Positions 1 through 12,213 of a stretch of 64,000 bases of DNA are shown here, piece by piece. Positions within the stretch are counted from its first letter, which is position 1. Each line of letters starts with the position of its first letter. Made by a program: the position numbers and the translations under genes. The notes beneath the pieces are model-generated. The model was not told the origin of the DNA. It was given only the letters and a program-made list of their open reading frames with translations, and did no database searches. Source of the DNA: Methylomonas sp. EFPC3 (GTDB taxonomy: Bacteria; Pseudomonadota; Gammaproteobacteria; Methylococcales; Methylomonadaceae); assembly GCF_029643245.1 (NCBI RefSeq), contig NZ_CP116398.1, positions 3,528,372 through 3,592,371 of the forward strand, given 5' to 3'.

Positions 1-121
1 CCATCAGCACCTTGTCGAACTCTACGCTGTCGCCCGCGCCTAATTCGAGTTTTTCTATTTTTAAGGTAGTACCCTCTGCGACACGATACTGTTTACCACC
101 TGTTTGAATTACCGCATACAT
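1..121 (-). CDS. rplU: 50S ribosomal protein L21 (N-terminal part; gene runs off window start)
   Basis: Reverse translation of 1..121 gives [40 protein letters not shown], the classic L21 N-terminus. Divergent from ispB as in many gammaproteobacteria. Confidence 0.7.
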   Translation of the reverse strand, partial: MYAVIQTGGKQYRVAEGTTLKIEKLELGAGDSVEFDKVLM

Positions 122-324
122 CGGCGTAAGCTCCATCAAGCATAATCTGTTAAAAGTGAACAGCAGATTATATTTTTTCACAAGGCTTACGTCAAACCTA
201 AATTCCTGATAGGAAGGTTGCGGCTCTTTCGCGTTGGTCGGGTACTATTGACACTACCTACGAATATTCATAGCATGACCGGCTATTTACGTCACGCGTC
301 GACAGGCGATTAGCCCAATATTTC

Positions 325-1329
325 ATGATAGCTAAAGTTTCTACGCCAGCTTCAGCCCCGATAGATTTCGATTCGATTAAAAATTTAACCACCGCCGAGA
401 CTCAGGCGGTTGACCGGTTGATTTTAAACGAACTGAGCTCCGATGTTGTGCTGATCAATCAAATCGGCCATTACATCATCGGTAACGGCGGCAAGCGGTT
501 ACGGCCGATGTTGCTGTTGCTGGCAGCAAAGGCTTTGGGACAGGTCGACGAGCGCCACTTGATACTGGCGGCCGTGATCGAATTCATTCACACCGCGACC
601 TTGCTGCACGACGATGTGGTCGACGAGTCCGAGTTGCGGCGCGGTAAAGAATCCGCCAATGCGGTGTGGGGCAATGCAGCCAGCGTTTTGGTCGGCGACT
701 ATTTGTATTCCAGTGCGTTCGAAATGATGGTGCGGACCGACAACATGCGGGTGATGGCCATCATGTCCAAGACCACTACCGCAATCGCTGAAGGCGAGGT
801 ATTGCAGTTGTTGAACTGCAACAACCCGGAGACCAGCGAAGCCAAGTACCTGGAAGTGATTGCCCGCAAAACGGCGATTCTATTCAGCACGGCTACCCGA
901 TTGGCCGCCGTGGTTTCAGGCGCGGATGCAGCGACCGAAGAAGCCTTGGCGATTTACGGCCAGCAACTGGGTGTGGCGTTTCAGTTGATCGACGACGCCC
1001 TGGATTACAAGGCCAATAGTGAGGAGCTGGGTAAGAATCTTGGCGACGATCTGGCCGAGGGCAAACCGACCCTGCCGCTGATTTACGCCATCCAACACGG
1101 CGACCAGCGTCAGTCGCAAATCGTGGTCAATGCGATCCGGCAGGGTTCGCGCGAGGCGTTCAATGACGTGTACGAAGTCGTAAAAGCGACCAATGCGATC
1201 GAGTATACCGAGCAGTGTGCCGAACGCGCGGCTGGGCTGGCTATTGCCGCTCTGGAGTGTCTGCCGGATTCGGAATACAAACAAGCCCTCGAAGCGCTGG
1301 CGCACTTTTCGGTGCAACGTAGTCATTAA
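325..1329 (+). CDS. ispB: Octaprenyl-diphosphate synthase (polyprenyl synthetase)
   Basis: 334 aa. Has the DDxxD motif (LLHDDVVDES) and a second aspartate-rich motif (FQLIDDALD). Rest of the sequence is typical IspB. Confidence 0.9.
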   Translation: MIAKVSTPASAPIDFDSIKNLTTAETQAVDRLILNELSSDVVLINQIGHYIIGNGGKRLRPMLLLLAAKALGQVDERHLILAAVIEFIHTATLLHDDVVDESELRRGKESANAVWGNAASVLVGDYLYSSAFEMMVRTDNMRVMAIMSKTTTAIAEGEVLQLLNCNNPETSEAKYLEVIARKTAILFSTATRLAAVVSGADAATEEALAIYGQQLGVAFQLIDDALDYKANSEELGKNLGDDLAEGKPTLPLIYAIQHGDQRQSQIVVNAIRQGSREAFNDVYEVVKATNAIEYTEQCAERAAGLAIAALECLPDSEYKQALEALAHFSVQRSH

Positions 1330-1739
1330 CCCTCTTCGGCTTCTTCCGCCAGCGTCAGCAGTTGCTGGATGTTTTCCGTCAGCGTTGCGTACAACGTCTC
1401 CGACTTTTCCAGGAGCTGTTGAAAAAAAACGCCGATTTCACCTTCCTCCAGATTGGTCTGCGCGGCAAATATGCGCTCTTCCAGCAGGCTGATCGCGTCC
1501 ATATCCACAAAATCCGCTAACCGGGCCAATTCCGGCGACTGAGCCAGCGTTGCCGCCGCTTCGGTTTTATGGGCGGCGGAAATCTGTTCGGCGATTTTAG
1601 CGGCGCAATCGCCAATTTGGCTGGCGGTTTCGAACAAGCCTTGTAGCAAATCCAAGTCTGCGCACAGAGCCTCCAATCGGTCTGCCGTGGTTTGGATGTC
1701 GGCCAATAAGCGTTTGCTGCGTTTTTTTATCGATTTCAT
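1326..1739 (-). CDS. Hypothetical helical acidic protein, translationally coupled downstream of recD
   Basis: 137 aa ORF whose ATG overlaps the recD stop by 1 nt. Predicted all-helical with no recognisable motif. Its 3' end overlaps the ispB stop convergently. Confidence 0.45.
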   Translation of the reverse strand: MKSIKKRSKRLLADIQTTADRLEALCADLDLLQGLFETASQIGDCAAKIAEQISAAHKTEAAATLAQSPELARLADFVDMDAISLLEERIFAAQTNLEEGEIGVFFQQLLEKSETLYATLTENIQQLLTLAEEAEEG

Positions 1740-3409
1740 CAGTTTGGTCCGGAAGCGTAAGTCTGCAATTTTGCGGCCAGGCCGCTGTGTCTGGTAACCC
1801 GGTGGTCGACGCAGGCATTGAAGATGGCTTGGTCGGCGCTGACCGCCACCGATTGCTTGGCGCGGGTGATCGCCGTGTACAACAGCTCCTTGCTCAGCAC
1901 CGGATTCACGACATCCGGTAACGCAATCAAGATGTTTTCAAACTCCGAGCCTTGGCTTTTGTGGATCGTCATCGCGAATACTGTCTCCCAGGGCGGTAGC
2001 CGGGCCGGTAACACTTTACGGAATTGCTCGCCGCGCTGGAAAAATACCCGGAGCTGGCTGCCTTGTTCAGGGTCGCTCAAGCATAAGCCGATATCACCGT
2101 TGTACAATTGCATGCCGGCGTGGTTGGCGGTAATCATGACGGGTTTGCCGGCGTACCATGTCGAGCCGGGCCGGATTTTGCCCCGGTTTGCCAGCTCCAG
2201 TTCTACCCGCCGATTAATCTCGCCGACCGAGTTATGGCCGCGTTGATTGCTGCAAAGCACCCGAAAGCGGTTGAAGGCGGCGAAAATTTCAGTCGGGTCG
2301 CAGCCGTTCGGAATCGCCTGCAGGTATTCGGCATAATTTTCGATGATCCAATCGATCGGATCGCCGGTCAGGCGCCTAATCGGCGGGCTTGGCTCTTGCA
2401 GTAGTTGCCAGGCTTGATCCGCATCCTGGCAGTTCACGGCGACGGCGAGTTGTTTGATGCGGCCTTGAAACCGATGCGATTTTTGTAGTTCCACCGTGCG
2501 CTCGGCCAGGCCGGCGGCTAGGTCGGCCAAGACCGAGCCGGATTCGACCGAGGCCAGCTGGTCTTTATCGCCCAGTAAAATCAGACGCGATCCTGGTTTA
2601 AGCGCATCGACCAATTTGCTCATTAACGCCAGATCGACCATCGAGGTTTCGTCCACCACCACCACATCGTAAGGCAGCGGATTTTCGGCGTCGTGGCGGA
2701 AATATGGCGTCGGCGGCTTGGCGCCGAGCAGTCGGTGCAGCGTGTGGGCTTGTTCCGGAATTCGGTCTTTCAATTCGTCGACGCAAGCCAGGCCGGGTTT
2801 GTTGGCGACAATCGACTCTTGCAGGCGCATCGCGGCTTTGCCGGTGGGTGCGGCCAGGGCGATATGTAACGCTTGGCGACTGGTTTCCAGCAATAGGGCC
2901 AAAATTTTCAGCACCGTCGTGGTTTTGCCGGTTCCGGGGCCGCCGGTAATGATGCTCAGGGCCTGACTAACCGCCGCTTGCGCCGCGGTTTTTTGCCAAT
3001 CGATTTCGTCGCCTTGGCTTGGGAAATAGCGGTCGAGGCTGGCTGCGAGATGTCCGGTATCGAATTTTTGTCGGGCCAGTGCCGCAAGTTGCCTCGCCAG
3101 GCGCTCCTCGTAATGCCAATAGCGGTGCAAATACAGGCGCTCGGTTTCGGCAATCAACGGGGTGGTTTTGCCGGTGGAGGCCAGGCCTGAGGCCATCACT
3201 ACAGCCATGTCCTCCGCGTCGATCGCGATGCAGCTATGGCCGGCGCCTTGTTGGGCCGATAACTGCAGCAGCAAGGCTTCGAAGCGGTTTTTTTTTGCCC
3301 CGCTCAAGCGGCTGCGTTCGGCGAGGAAGCGGGCGAATCCGCGATCGAGGTCGGTAAAAGTTGGTTGATCGGTCATGGGGCAATGGTTGGATCGGGTGCC
3401 GGTTATCAT
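1739..3409 (-). CDS. recD: Exodeoxyribonuclease V alpha subunit RecD (SF1 helicase)
   Basis: 556 aa. Walker A GGPGTGKTTTV, Walker B VVVDETSM, and RecD-type C-terminal motifs. Confidence 0.85.
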   Translation of the reverse strand: MITGTRSNHCPMTDQPTFTDLDRGFARFLAERSRLSGAKKNRFEALLLQLSAQQGAGHSCIAIDAEDMAVVMASGLASTGKTTPLIAETERLYLHRYWHYEERLARQLAALARQKFDTGHLAASLDRYFPSQGDEIDWQKTAAQAAVSQALSIITGGPGTGKTTTVLKILALLLETSRQALHIALAAPTGKAAMRLQESIVANKPGLACVDELKDRIPEQAHTLHRLLGAKPPTPYFRHDAENPLPYDVVVVDETSMVDLALMSKLVDALKPGSRLILLGDKDQLASVESGSVLADLAAGLAERTVELQKSHRFQGRIKQLAVAVNCQDADQAWQLLQEPSPPIRRLTGDPIDWIIENYAEYLQAIPNGCDPTEIFAAFNRFRVLCSNQRGHNSVGEINRRVELELANRGKIRPGSTWYAGKPVMITANHAGMQLYNGDIGLCLSDPEQGSQLRVFFQRGEQFRKVLPARLPPWETVFAMTIHKSQGSEFENILIALPDVVNPVLSKELLYTAITRAKQSVAVSADQAIFNACVDHRVTRHSGLAAKLQTYASGPN

Positions 3410-3544
3410 AGCAATTGCATTGCAGCTGGCGACAGGAAATAAAACCTATTGTTTTATAAGATTTTTGCCGCTACCGGGGCGTTAACCGAGCTTGCAATTG
3501 CCCTAATTATCATTTAACTTACCGACCCACCTAAAAGGCTAGGG

Positions 3545-5537
<1,993 letters not shown>

Positions 5538-5705
5538 GCGTTGTCTCTGCAGTCGCCGGTCTCCGGCGGCTGCCTCCCTGCATTTATCGCCTGCGGCGGT
5601 CTAGCCGACCCTTTGCCGACATCCTGTGTCGAGTTTGGATAAAATCCTTACTTCATCTATATTTGCAGCACAAAGCTGCAGTAAAACCAATCTTGACCTT
5701 TTTTC

Positions 5706-7421
5706 ATGGCGACAGCACCTTCCAACATTCATTTTAGCGGTCTGGTTAAGTGCCTGATTCAGAAGGGGCTGCTGACAGAAGAGTCGGCAGCGACCTGTTT
5801 ACAGGAGGCGCAAAAGCGCAAACAGGCGTTCATTAGCTATTTGGTCGAACACAAATACGCGGATAGCAAAACCATCGCCACGCTGGCCTCGGCCGAATTC
5901 GGCGTGCCGTTTTTCGATCTGGACGCGATCGATCCCGCGTTTCTGCCGATCAAAATGGTCAGCGAAAAATTGATTCGCCAGCACCACGCCTTGCCCCTCT
6001 TTAAACGCGGTAACCGTTTGTTCGTCGCGACGGCCGACCCGACCAATTTCCAGGCCCTGGACGAGATCAAGTTCCACACCCGGCACAATACCGAAAATAT
6101 TCTGGTCGAAGAAGACAAACTGATCAGAATGATAGACACGGCGCTGGAAGCCGCGGATACGTCGATGAAGGATCTGCTCGACGACGATCTGGACAACATC
6201 GATATTTCCGCCGGCGACGAGGCCAAGCCGGCCGAAGACGCTATGGGTTCGGATATCGACGACGCGCCTATCGTCCGCTTCGTGAATAAGATTTTGCTGG
6301 ATTCGATCAAGCGCGGCGTATCGGATATTCACATGGAACCGTTCGAGAAGCGGTTCCGCATCCGCTTCCGCGCCGACGGCATACTGTCGGAAGTGGCGAG
6401 TCCGCCGGTCGGTATCGCTAATCGGATCATTTCCCGGCTGAAAGTCATGTCCAAGATGGACATCGCCGAACGGCGGGTGCCGCAGGACGGCCGGATCAAG
6501 ATGCAGATCTCGAAAAACCGCGCGATCGACTTCAGGGTCAACACCTGTCCGACCTTGTTCGGCGAAAAAGTGGTGTTACGGATTCTGGATCCGACCAGCG
6601 CCCAGATCGGCATCGAAAAACTCGGGTTCGAACCGGAACAGCAGAAAAATTTCCTGGATGCGATTCATAAACCCTACGGCATGGTGTTGGTCACCGGGCC
6701 GACCGGTAGCGGTAAGACGGTGTCGCTGTATACCGGTTTGAATATTCTGAACAGCGTCGAAACCAATATTTCCACGGCCGAAGACCCGGTAGAGATCACC
6801 GTAGAAGGCATCAACCAGGTCAACGTCAACCCTAAAGCCGGCTTGACTTTTGCCGAAGCGCTCAAAGCATTCTTGCGGCAGGACCCGGACATCATCATGG
6901 TCGGCGAGATCCGCGACTATGAAACCGCCAGTATCGCCGTCAAAGCAGCCCAAACCGGCCACTTGGTGTTGTCGACGCTGCACACCAACGACGCGCCGCA
7001 GACCATCAACCGGCTGGTACAGATGGGGATCGAGCCGTTCAATATCGTCTCGGCAGTTTTGCTGATTATGGCGCAACGTCTGGCACGGCGTTTGTGCGAG
7101 CATTGCAAGAAGGAAATGGATTACCCGGAAAGTGCGCTGATCTCGGCCGGCTTCAAAAAGGAAGAACTTGGCACTTTCAAAATATACGGTCCGGTGGGCT
7201 GCGAGCATTGCAATAACGGCTACAAAGGGCGGGTCGGTATTTACCAGGTGATGCCGATCACCGAAAAAATGCGGGCCTTGATCCTGCGCGGCGGCAATGC
7301 GATGGAGATGGCCGAATTGTCCCGCAGCGAAGGCATCAACGATTTGCGCACCTCCGGCTTGTTGAAAATCCGCCAGGGCATCACCTCACTGGAAGAAATT
7401 GACCGCGTCACCACGGAATAA
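5706..7421 (+). CDS. pilB: Type IV pilus assembly ATPase PilB
   Basis: 571 aa. N-terminal GSPII-like domain, Walker A GPTGSGKT, and tetracysteine CEHCKK...CEHCNNGY. Confidence 0.9.
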   Translation: MATAPSNIHFSGLVKCLIQKGLLTEESAATCLQEAQKRKQAFISYLVEHKYADSKTIATLASAEFGVPFFDLDAIDPAFLPIKMVSEKLIRQHHALPLFKRGNRLFVATADPTNFQALDEIKFHTRHNTENILVEEDKLIRMIDTALEAADTSMKDLLDDDLDNIDISAGDEAKPAEDAMGSDIDDAPIVRFVNKILLDSIKRGVSDIHMEPFEKRFRIRFRADGILSEVASPPVGIANRIISRLKVMSKMDIAERRVPQDGRIKMQISKNRAIDFRVNTCPTLFGEKVVLRILDPTSAQIGIEKLGFEPEQQKNFLDAIHKPYGMVLVTGPTGSGKTVSLYTGLNILNSVETNISTAEDPVEITVEGINQVNVNPKAGLTFAEALKAFLRQDPDIIMVGEIRDYETASIAVKAAQTGHLVLSTLHTNDAPQTINRLVQMGIEPFNIVSAVLLIMAQRLARRLCEHCKKEMDYPESALISAGFKKEELGTFKIYGPVGCEHCNNGYKGRVGIYQVMPITEKMRALILRGGNAMEMAELSRSEGINDLRTSGLLKIRQGITSLEEIDRVTTE

Positions 7422-7423
7422 TC

Positions 7424-8641
7424 ATGGCAAAACAAGAAGAGCAGATCGAATTCAATTGGGACGGTTTCGACAAACAAAACCGGAAAACCAAAGGCACTAT
7501 CAGTGCCAAAAGCGAAGTGATCGCTCGCGCCGAGCTGCGGCGGATGGGCATCCGGGTGATCGGTATCAAACCCAAGGCGAAACCCTTGTTCAGTCCGCGG
7601 GTGCAAAAAATCACGCCGGGCGATGTTGCCGTTTTTGCCCGCCAATTGGCGACCATGCTGGCGGCCGGCGTACCGCTGGTGCAGTCGTTCGATATCATCG
7701 GCAAGGGCCACGACAACGCCAGCATGTCGGAAATGCTGTTGTCGATCAAAGCCGACGTCGAGGGTGGCGATACCCTGGCGCAAGCATTGGGCCGCAAGCC
7801 GCTCTATTTCGACGCCTTGTTTTGCAATCTGGTCGAAGCCGGCGAACATGCCGGGGTATTGGAAACCTTGTTGGATAAGATTGCCACTTACAAGGAAAAA
7901 ACCGAGTCGATCAAGAAAAAAGTCAAAAAGGCTCTGACCTACCCGGTGGCAGTATTGGTGGTGGCGTTTATCGTTACCGCGATTTTGTTGGTGTTCGTGG
8001 TGCCGGTGTTCGAGGACTTGTTTAAAGGCTTCGGCGCCGATTTGCCGGCGTTCACCAAATTCGTCATCGATTTGTCGGCCTGGGTACAGGAATGGTGGTG
8101 GGCCGTGGTCGGCGTGCTATTTGTCGCCGGCTACACCTTTACCTACTTTAAAAAACGCTCGAAGGCCTTCAACCATTTTCTGGATCGGACCCTGTTGAAA
8201 ATACCGGTGGTCGGTATGATTTTGCAAAAATCGGCCATCGCCCGCTTCGCCAGAACCCTCTCGACCATGTCGGCCGCCGGCGTGCCGTTGGTCGAAGCCT
8301 TGGTTTCGGTGGCCGGCGCGTGCGGTAACATCTTGTTTTACGAGGCGGTGATGAAGGTGCGCGACGACGTCGCTACCGGCCAGCAATTGAAGTTCGCCTT
8401 GGAAACCACCGGCATATTTCCGAATATGGTGGTACAGATGGTGGCGATCGGCGAAGAATCCGGTTCGATCGACGCCATGCTGGACAAGGTCGCCGACTTT
8501 TACGAGGAAGAGGTCGATAACTTGGTCGACAACCTGAGCAGTTTGATGGAACCTATCATCATGGTGATCTTGGGGATTTTGGTCGGCGGTTTGATCGTGG
8601 CGATGTATTTGCCGATCTTCAAATTGGGCGCCGCTATCTAA
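7424..8641 (+). CDS. pilC: Type IV pilus inner-membrane platform protein PilC
   Basis: 405 aa GspF/PilC-family polytopic protein. Start lies 3 nt after the pilB stop. Confidence 0.9.
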   Translation: MAKQEEQIEFNWDGFDKQNRKTKGTISAKSEVIARAELRRMGIRVIGIKPKAKPLFSPRVQKITPGDVAVFARQLATMLAAGVPLVQSFDIIGKGHDNASMSEMLLSIKADVEGGDTLAQALGRKPLYFDALFCNLVEAGEHAGVLETLLDKIATYKEKTESIKKKVKKALTYPVAVLVVAFIVTAILLVFVVPVFEDLFKGFGADLPAFTKFVIDLSAWVQEWWWAVVGVLFVAGYTFTYFKKRSKAFNHFLDRTLLKIPVVGMILQKSAIARFARTLSTMSAAGVPLVEALVSVAGACGNILFYEAVMKVRDDVATGQQLKFALETTGIFPNMVVQMVAIGEESGSIDAMLDKVADFYEEEVDNLVDNLSSLMEPIIMVILGILVGGLIVAMYLPIFKLGAAI

Positions 8642-8700
8642 CCTGTTGCCGGTTCCGGCCTATTACAGGCAGCGGACCGGCCAGTCTTTACTGCTTACCT

Positions 8701-9567
8701 ATGTTGTTCAATGTCTTAGCTCAATCTCCCGGTTTTCTGGCCGCAAGCGCTTTAGTACTCGGCTTGCTGGTCGGCAGTTTTCTGAATGTGGTGATTTACC
8801 GGCTGCCGCTGATGATGCAGGCTGCGTGGCGGCGCGAGTGCCGCGAATACCTGGAATTGCCGGCCGAAGCCCCGGGCGAGCGTTTCGATCTGTTATTGCC
8901 GGCTTCGCACTGTCCGGCTTGCAAAGCCGAAATCAAAGCCTATCAAAACATCCCGGTCCTGAGCTATGTGCTGCTCGGCGGCAAATGCGCCAACTGCGGC
9001 AACAAAATCGGTTGGCGTTATCCTTCGATAGAGGCCTTTACCGGCCTGTGTTCGGCGCTGGTCGCTTGGCAACTGGGTTACGGCTGGGCGCTGGCGTTTG
9101 CGTTGCCGTTGACTTGGTGTCTGATTACACTGAGTTTTATCGATATCGATCAGCAATTGCTGCCGGACTCGATCACGCTGCCTTTGGTCTGGCTGGGTTT
9201 GCTGCTCAGCGTGTTCGGCATTTTTGCCGACAGCCGCGACAGTATCGTCGGCGCGGTAGCCGGTTATTTAAGCTTGTGGAGCGTCTACCACGGCTTTAAA
9301 TTGCTGACCGGCAAGGACGGCATGGGTTACGGCGATTTCAAATTACTGGCCGTATTCGGCGCCTGGCTGGGCTGGCAATATTTGCCGCTGATAATCTTGT
9401 TGGCTTCCCTGGTCGGTGCGGTGATTGGCGTCGCGATGATCGTGTTCTGCCGGCGCGATGCGGCCAAGCCGATTCCGTTCGGGCCTTATCTGGCTATGGC
9501 CGGCTGGCTGGCGCTATTGTGGGGTGAGCAAATGAATGCTTGGTATCTGCGGCTTGCAGGTCTGTGA
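8701..9567 (+). CDS. pilD: Prepilin peptidase / N-methyltransferase PilD
   Basis: 288 aa. Tetracysteine CPACK...CANCG and the A24 peptidase membrane core. Confidence 0.9.
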   Translation: MLFNVLAQSPGFLAASALVLGLLVGSFLNVVIYRLPLMMQAAWRRECREYLELPAEAPGERFDLLLPASHCPACKAEIKAYQNIPVLSYVLLGGKCANCGNKIGWRYPSIEAFTGLCSALVAWQLGYGWALAFALPLTWCLITLSFIDIDQQLLPDSITLPLVWLGLLLSVFGIFADSRDSIVGAVAGYLSLWSVYHGFKLLTGKDGMGYGDFKLLAVFGAWLGWQYLPLIILLASLVGAVIGVAMIVFCRRDAAKPIPFGPYLAMAGWLALLWGEQMNAWYLRLAGL

Positions 9568-9570
9568 CCG

Positions 9571-10182
9571 ATGTTGAAAATCGGTTTGACCGGTGGCATC
9601 GGCTGCGGCAAAACCACGGTATGCCGTCTGTTTGCCGACTTGGGCGTGCCGGTGGTCGATGCCGATTTGATCGCCCGCCGTTTGGTTGAACCGGGCGAGC
9701 CGGCCTTGCAAGCCATCGTTCAGACATTCGGTGCCGACATGTTGAAAACCGACGGCAGCCTGGATCGGCCCAAGCTGCGCGAGGCGATCTTTGCCGATCC
9801 GGAGCAAAAGCGGCGGCTGGACGCCATCATGCATCCGCGGGTATACGCCCGTATCGCCGCCGATGTGGCGGCATTGCAGGCCGATTACTGCCTGATTGCG
9901 GTGCCGTTGTTGCTCGAATCTAAAAATCCTTATGTTGTGGACCGGATCCTGGTGGTAGATTGTCCGCAACCCCTGCAGATCGAACGGGTCGTAACCCGGG
10001 ACAAACTCAGCGCCGAACAGGCGCAGGCCATCGTGGCCAGTCAGATGTCGCGGCCGGAACGGCTGGCCCGCGCCGACGATGTGATCGACAATAGCGCCGG
10101 GCCGGAGCTGCTTGCAGAACAGGTTAAAAGTCTGCACAATTCCTACATTTTTTTAGCCACCGCCAGGACACCACCGGCTTGA
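9571..10182 (+). CDS. coaE: Dephospho-CoA kinase
   Basis: 203 aa. P-loop GLTGGIGCGKTT. Confidence 0.9.
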   Translation: MLKIGLTGGIGCGKTTVCRLFADLGVPVVDADLIARRLVEPGEPALQAIVQTFGADMLKTDGSLDRPKLREAIFADPEQKRRLDAIMHPRVYARIAADVAALQADYCLIAVPLLLESKNPYVVDRILVVDCPQPLQIERVVTRDKLSAEQAQAIVASQMSRPERLARADDVIDNSAGPELLAEQVKSLHNSYIFLATARTPPA

Positions 10183-10952
10183 ATACACAAATAGTCTACG
10201 AATTCCCGCTTAACGAACGAATTCGTGTGTTTATGCGCTTGGAGCAGCTCTTTCAACAGCTCAGCCATTTCATGTTGGGCGCTTCGGTTTTCGACAAACG
10301 CGCCGCCATCTCCGTCTTGTTGGATATTCTGACCATCTTCAGCCGCAGCGATCTTAAATCCGAATTGATCAAAGAATTGGACCGTCACACCAAAGTGTTG
10401 AACCAATTGGCCCATAACCACGGCGTCGACGACGAAAAACTGCAGGAAATTCTGGCCGACTTGAATCAGGCCAGCCGCAATTTATACAGCGCCAACGGCA
10501 AGATCGGCATCAGCGTGATGGAAAGCGATTTGTTTCAGAGTATCTCGCAGCGCAATTCGATACCCGGCGGCAGTTGCTCGTTCGATCTGCCGGCGTTTCA
10601 TTACTGGCTGGAGCAGGATGAAGCAGAGCAGCAGAAAGATCTGGAGCGTTGGACCCAACCGTTTGTCGATATCCGGGTTGCGATCGATCTGATATTAGGC
10701 TTCATCCGTCAAAGCAGTATTCCAACCCCGGAGCTTGCCAAAGCCGGTTTTTTTCAACTGGCGCTCGACAACAAAAACCATCCGGTGCAGTTGCTGCGCG
10801 TGGCTTTGCAACCTGAGCAGCGCTGTTTCGCCGAGATCAGTGGCGGCAAACACCGCTTCAGCATCCGCTTCATGATCCCGTCGGCCGATGAAAACCGGCC
10901 GTGCCAAACCCAGGACGATGTCGAATTCCATTTGACCCGCTGCATGTTCTGA
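10179..10952 (+). CDS. zapD: Cell division protein ZapD
   Basis: 257 aa. N-terminus [20 protein letters not shown] matches ZapD/YacF. Start is a TTG overlapping the coaE stop. Confidence 0.8.
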   Translation: MNTQIVYEFPLNERIRVFMRLEQLFQQLSHFMLGASVFDKRAAISVLLDILTIFSRSDLKSELIKELDRHTKVLNQLAHNHGVDDEKLQEILADLNQASRNLYSANGKIGISVMESDLFQSISQRNSIPGGSCSFDLPAFHYWLEQDEAEQQKDLERWTQPFVDIRVAIDLILGFIRQSSIPTPELAKAGFFQLALDNKNHPVQLLRVALQPEQRCFAEISGGKHRFSIRFMIPSADENRPCQTQDDVEFHLTRCMF

Positions 10953-11167
10953 TGGCCGCGCAGTCCCCGCCGCAAGTCGCCTGCCCGACCTGCCGTAAAC
11001 CGGTGGCCTGGGTTGCCGCCGAAAAATTCAAACCGTTTTGCTCGGAGCGCTGCAAGCTGATCGACCTCGGCGATTGGGCCACCGAAGCGCACAAGATTCC
11101 CGGTCCGCCGGTTTGGGACGACGAAAACCCCGACCTGTCGAACCTGGATGACGGTGAAGCGGGTTAA
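10952..11167 (+). CDS. yacG: DNA gyrase inhibitor YacG (zinc finger)
   Basis: CPTCRK...[15 protein letters not shown] motif. ATG overlaps the zapD TGA in an ATGA junction. Confidence 0.8.
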   Translation: MAAQSPPQVACPTCRKPVAWVAAEKFKPFCSERCKLIDLGDWATEAHKIPGPPVWDDENPDLSNLDDGEAG

Positions 11168-11266
11168 CACACCCGTTGCTGAGTCTGACCGCGGTCCGAT
11201 ATGAGGTGGCTGCAAAGCTCGGACGTGATAGTCAACAGCAATAAGGGATTTTGTCGAGAGGCCGCT

Positions 11267-12205
11267 TCAAGCCAAAAAGCCGCTGATGCCGGCTATACCC
11301 TGGGCACCGGCGGCTTGCGCCCGCACCAAATCCTGCCGGCTCAATCCGCCCAAGGCGAACACCGGCAAGTTGGCGTGCTCCAGCAGTTCGCTAAAGCGTT
11401 GCCAGCCTAAAGGCGGTGTGTCGGGGTGCGAAGCGGTCGGCATGACCGGCGCCAACACCGCAAAATCCACCCCAATCGCCAGCGCATGCTGCAGTTCCGT
11501 TGAATTGTGGCAAGACGCGGCGACCCAGCGCATTCCGGGCGGACGTCGATCCAGTCTTATTAACGCCCGGCTGCTCAAATGGATGCCTTGCGCCTGACTA
11601 ATATCCAAATCCAGATCGGCGTTGACCAGCACCTCGACAGCGTGGTGCCGGCATTGCTGCAATACCCGTTCGAGCACGGTTTGTTTGTCGTTCGCGCTTA
11701 GCGTTTTGGTCCGGAATTGCACTAATTTGACGCCGTTGTCGATGATGCGTCGGCAATTCGTCATGATCGATTCCGCATCTGCGCCTTCCAGGATGGCGTA
11801 ATACGCCGGCAGCCGGGCGGCTGCGATGATAGGCAGGTTGGCGGCCGGAAAGGTGAAGTCGGAAAGCTGGCCGGCGCTAACCCATTGCATGGCCTGGCCT
11901 TCGCAGGGCCGGGCTTCGCCGCTGAACGAGTTGACGTTCCAGACGTCCAGCAACACCCGGCGGTCGCCGTAATCGTGGCGGATTTTGATCAAAGGCTCGG
12001 CTGCGGCGACCCGAATCCCGACCTCTTCCTCCAGCTCCCGCGCTAGGGCCTGCAACACAGGCTCGCCGGGTTCCAGCTTGCCGCCGGGAAACTCCCACAA
12101 GCCGCCCTGGTGCGCGTGTTGTGCGCGTCGGGCGATCAGTATCCGACCGGCCGTGTCGCGAACGACGCCGACCGCGACGTGAACCACGTTATTTGGCTGG
12201 AGCAT
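11267..12205 (-). CDS. Nudix hydrolase (MutT-like) fused to a ThiE/TenI-like thiamine-phosphate synthase domain
   Basis: 312 aa. N-terminal Nudix box GGKLEPGEPVLQALARELEEEVGI followed by a TMP-synthase-like barrel. This fusion is common in Pseudomonas-like genomes. Confidence 0.75.
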   Translation of the reverse strand: MLQPNNVVHVAVGVVRDTAGRILIARRAQHAHQGGLWEFPGGKLEPGEPVLQALARELEEEVGIRVAAAEPLIKIRHDYGDRRVLLDVWNVNSFSGEARPCEGQAMQWVSAGQLSDFTFPAANLPIIAAARLPAYYAILEGADAESIMTNCRRIIDNGVKLVQFRTKTLSANDKQTVLERVLQQCRHHAVEVLVNADLDLDISQAQGIHLSSRALIRLDRRPPGMRWVAASCHNSTELQHALAIGVDFAVLAPVMPTASHPDTPPLGWQRFSELLEHANLPVFALGGLSRQDLVRAQAAGAQGIAGISGFLA

Positions 12206-12213
12206 GGGCGGAA

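Noticed and set aside
8646-9299. 217-aa ORF overlapping pilD in another frame
   Set aside because: Spurious. pilD in the adjacent frame has the conserved prepilin peptidase motifs.
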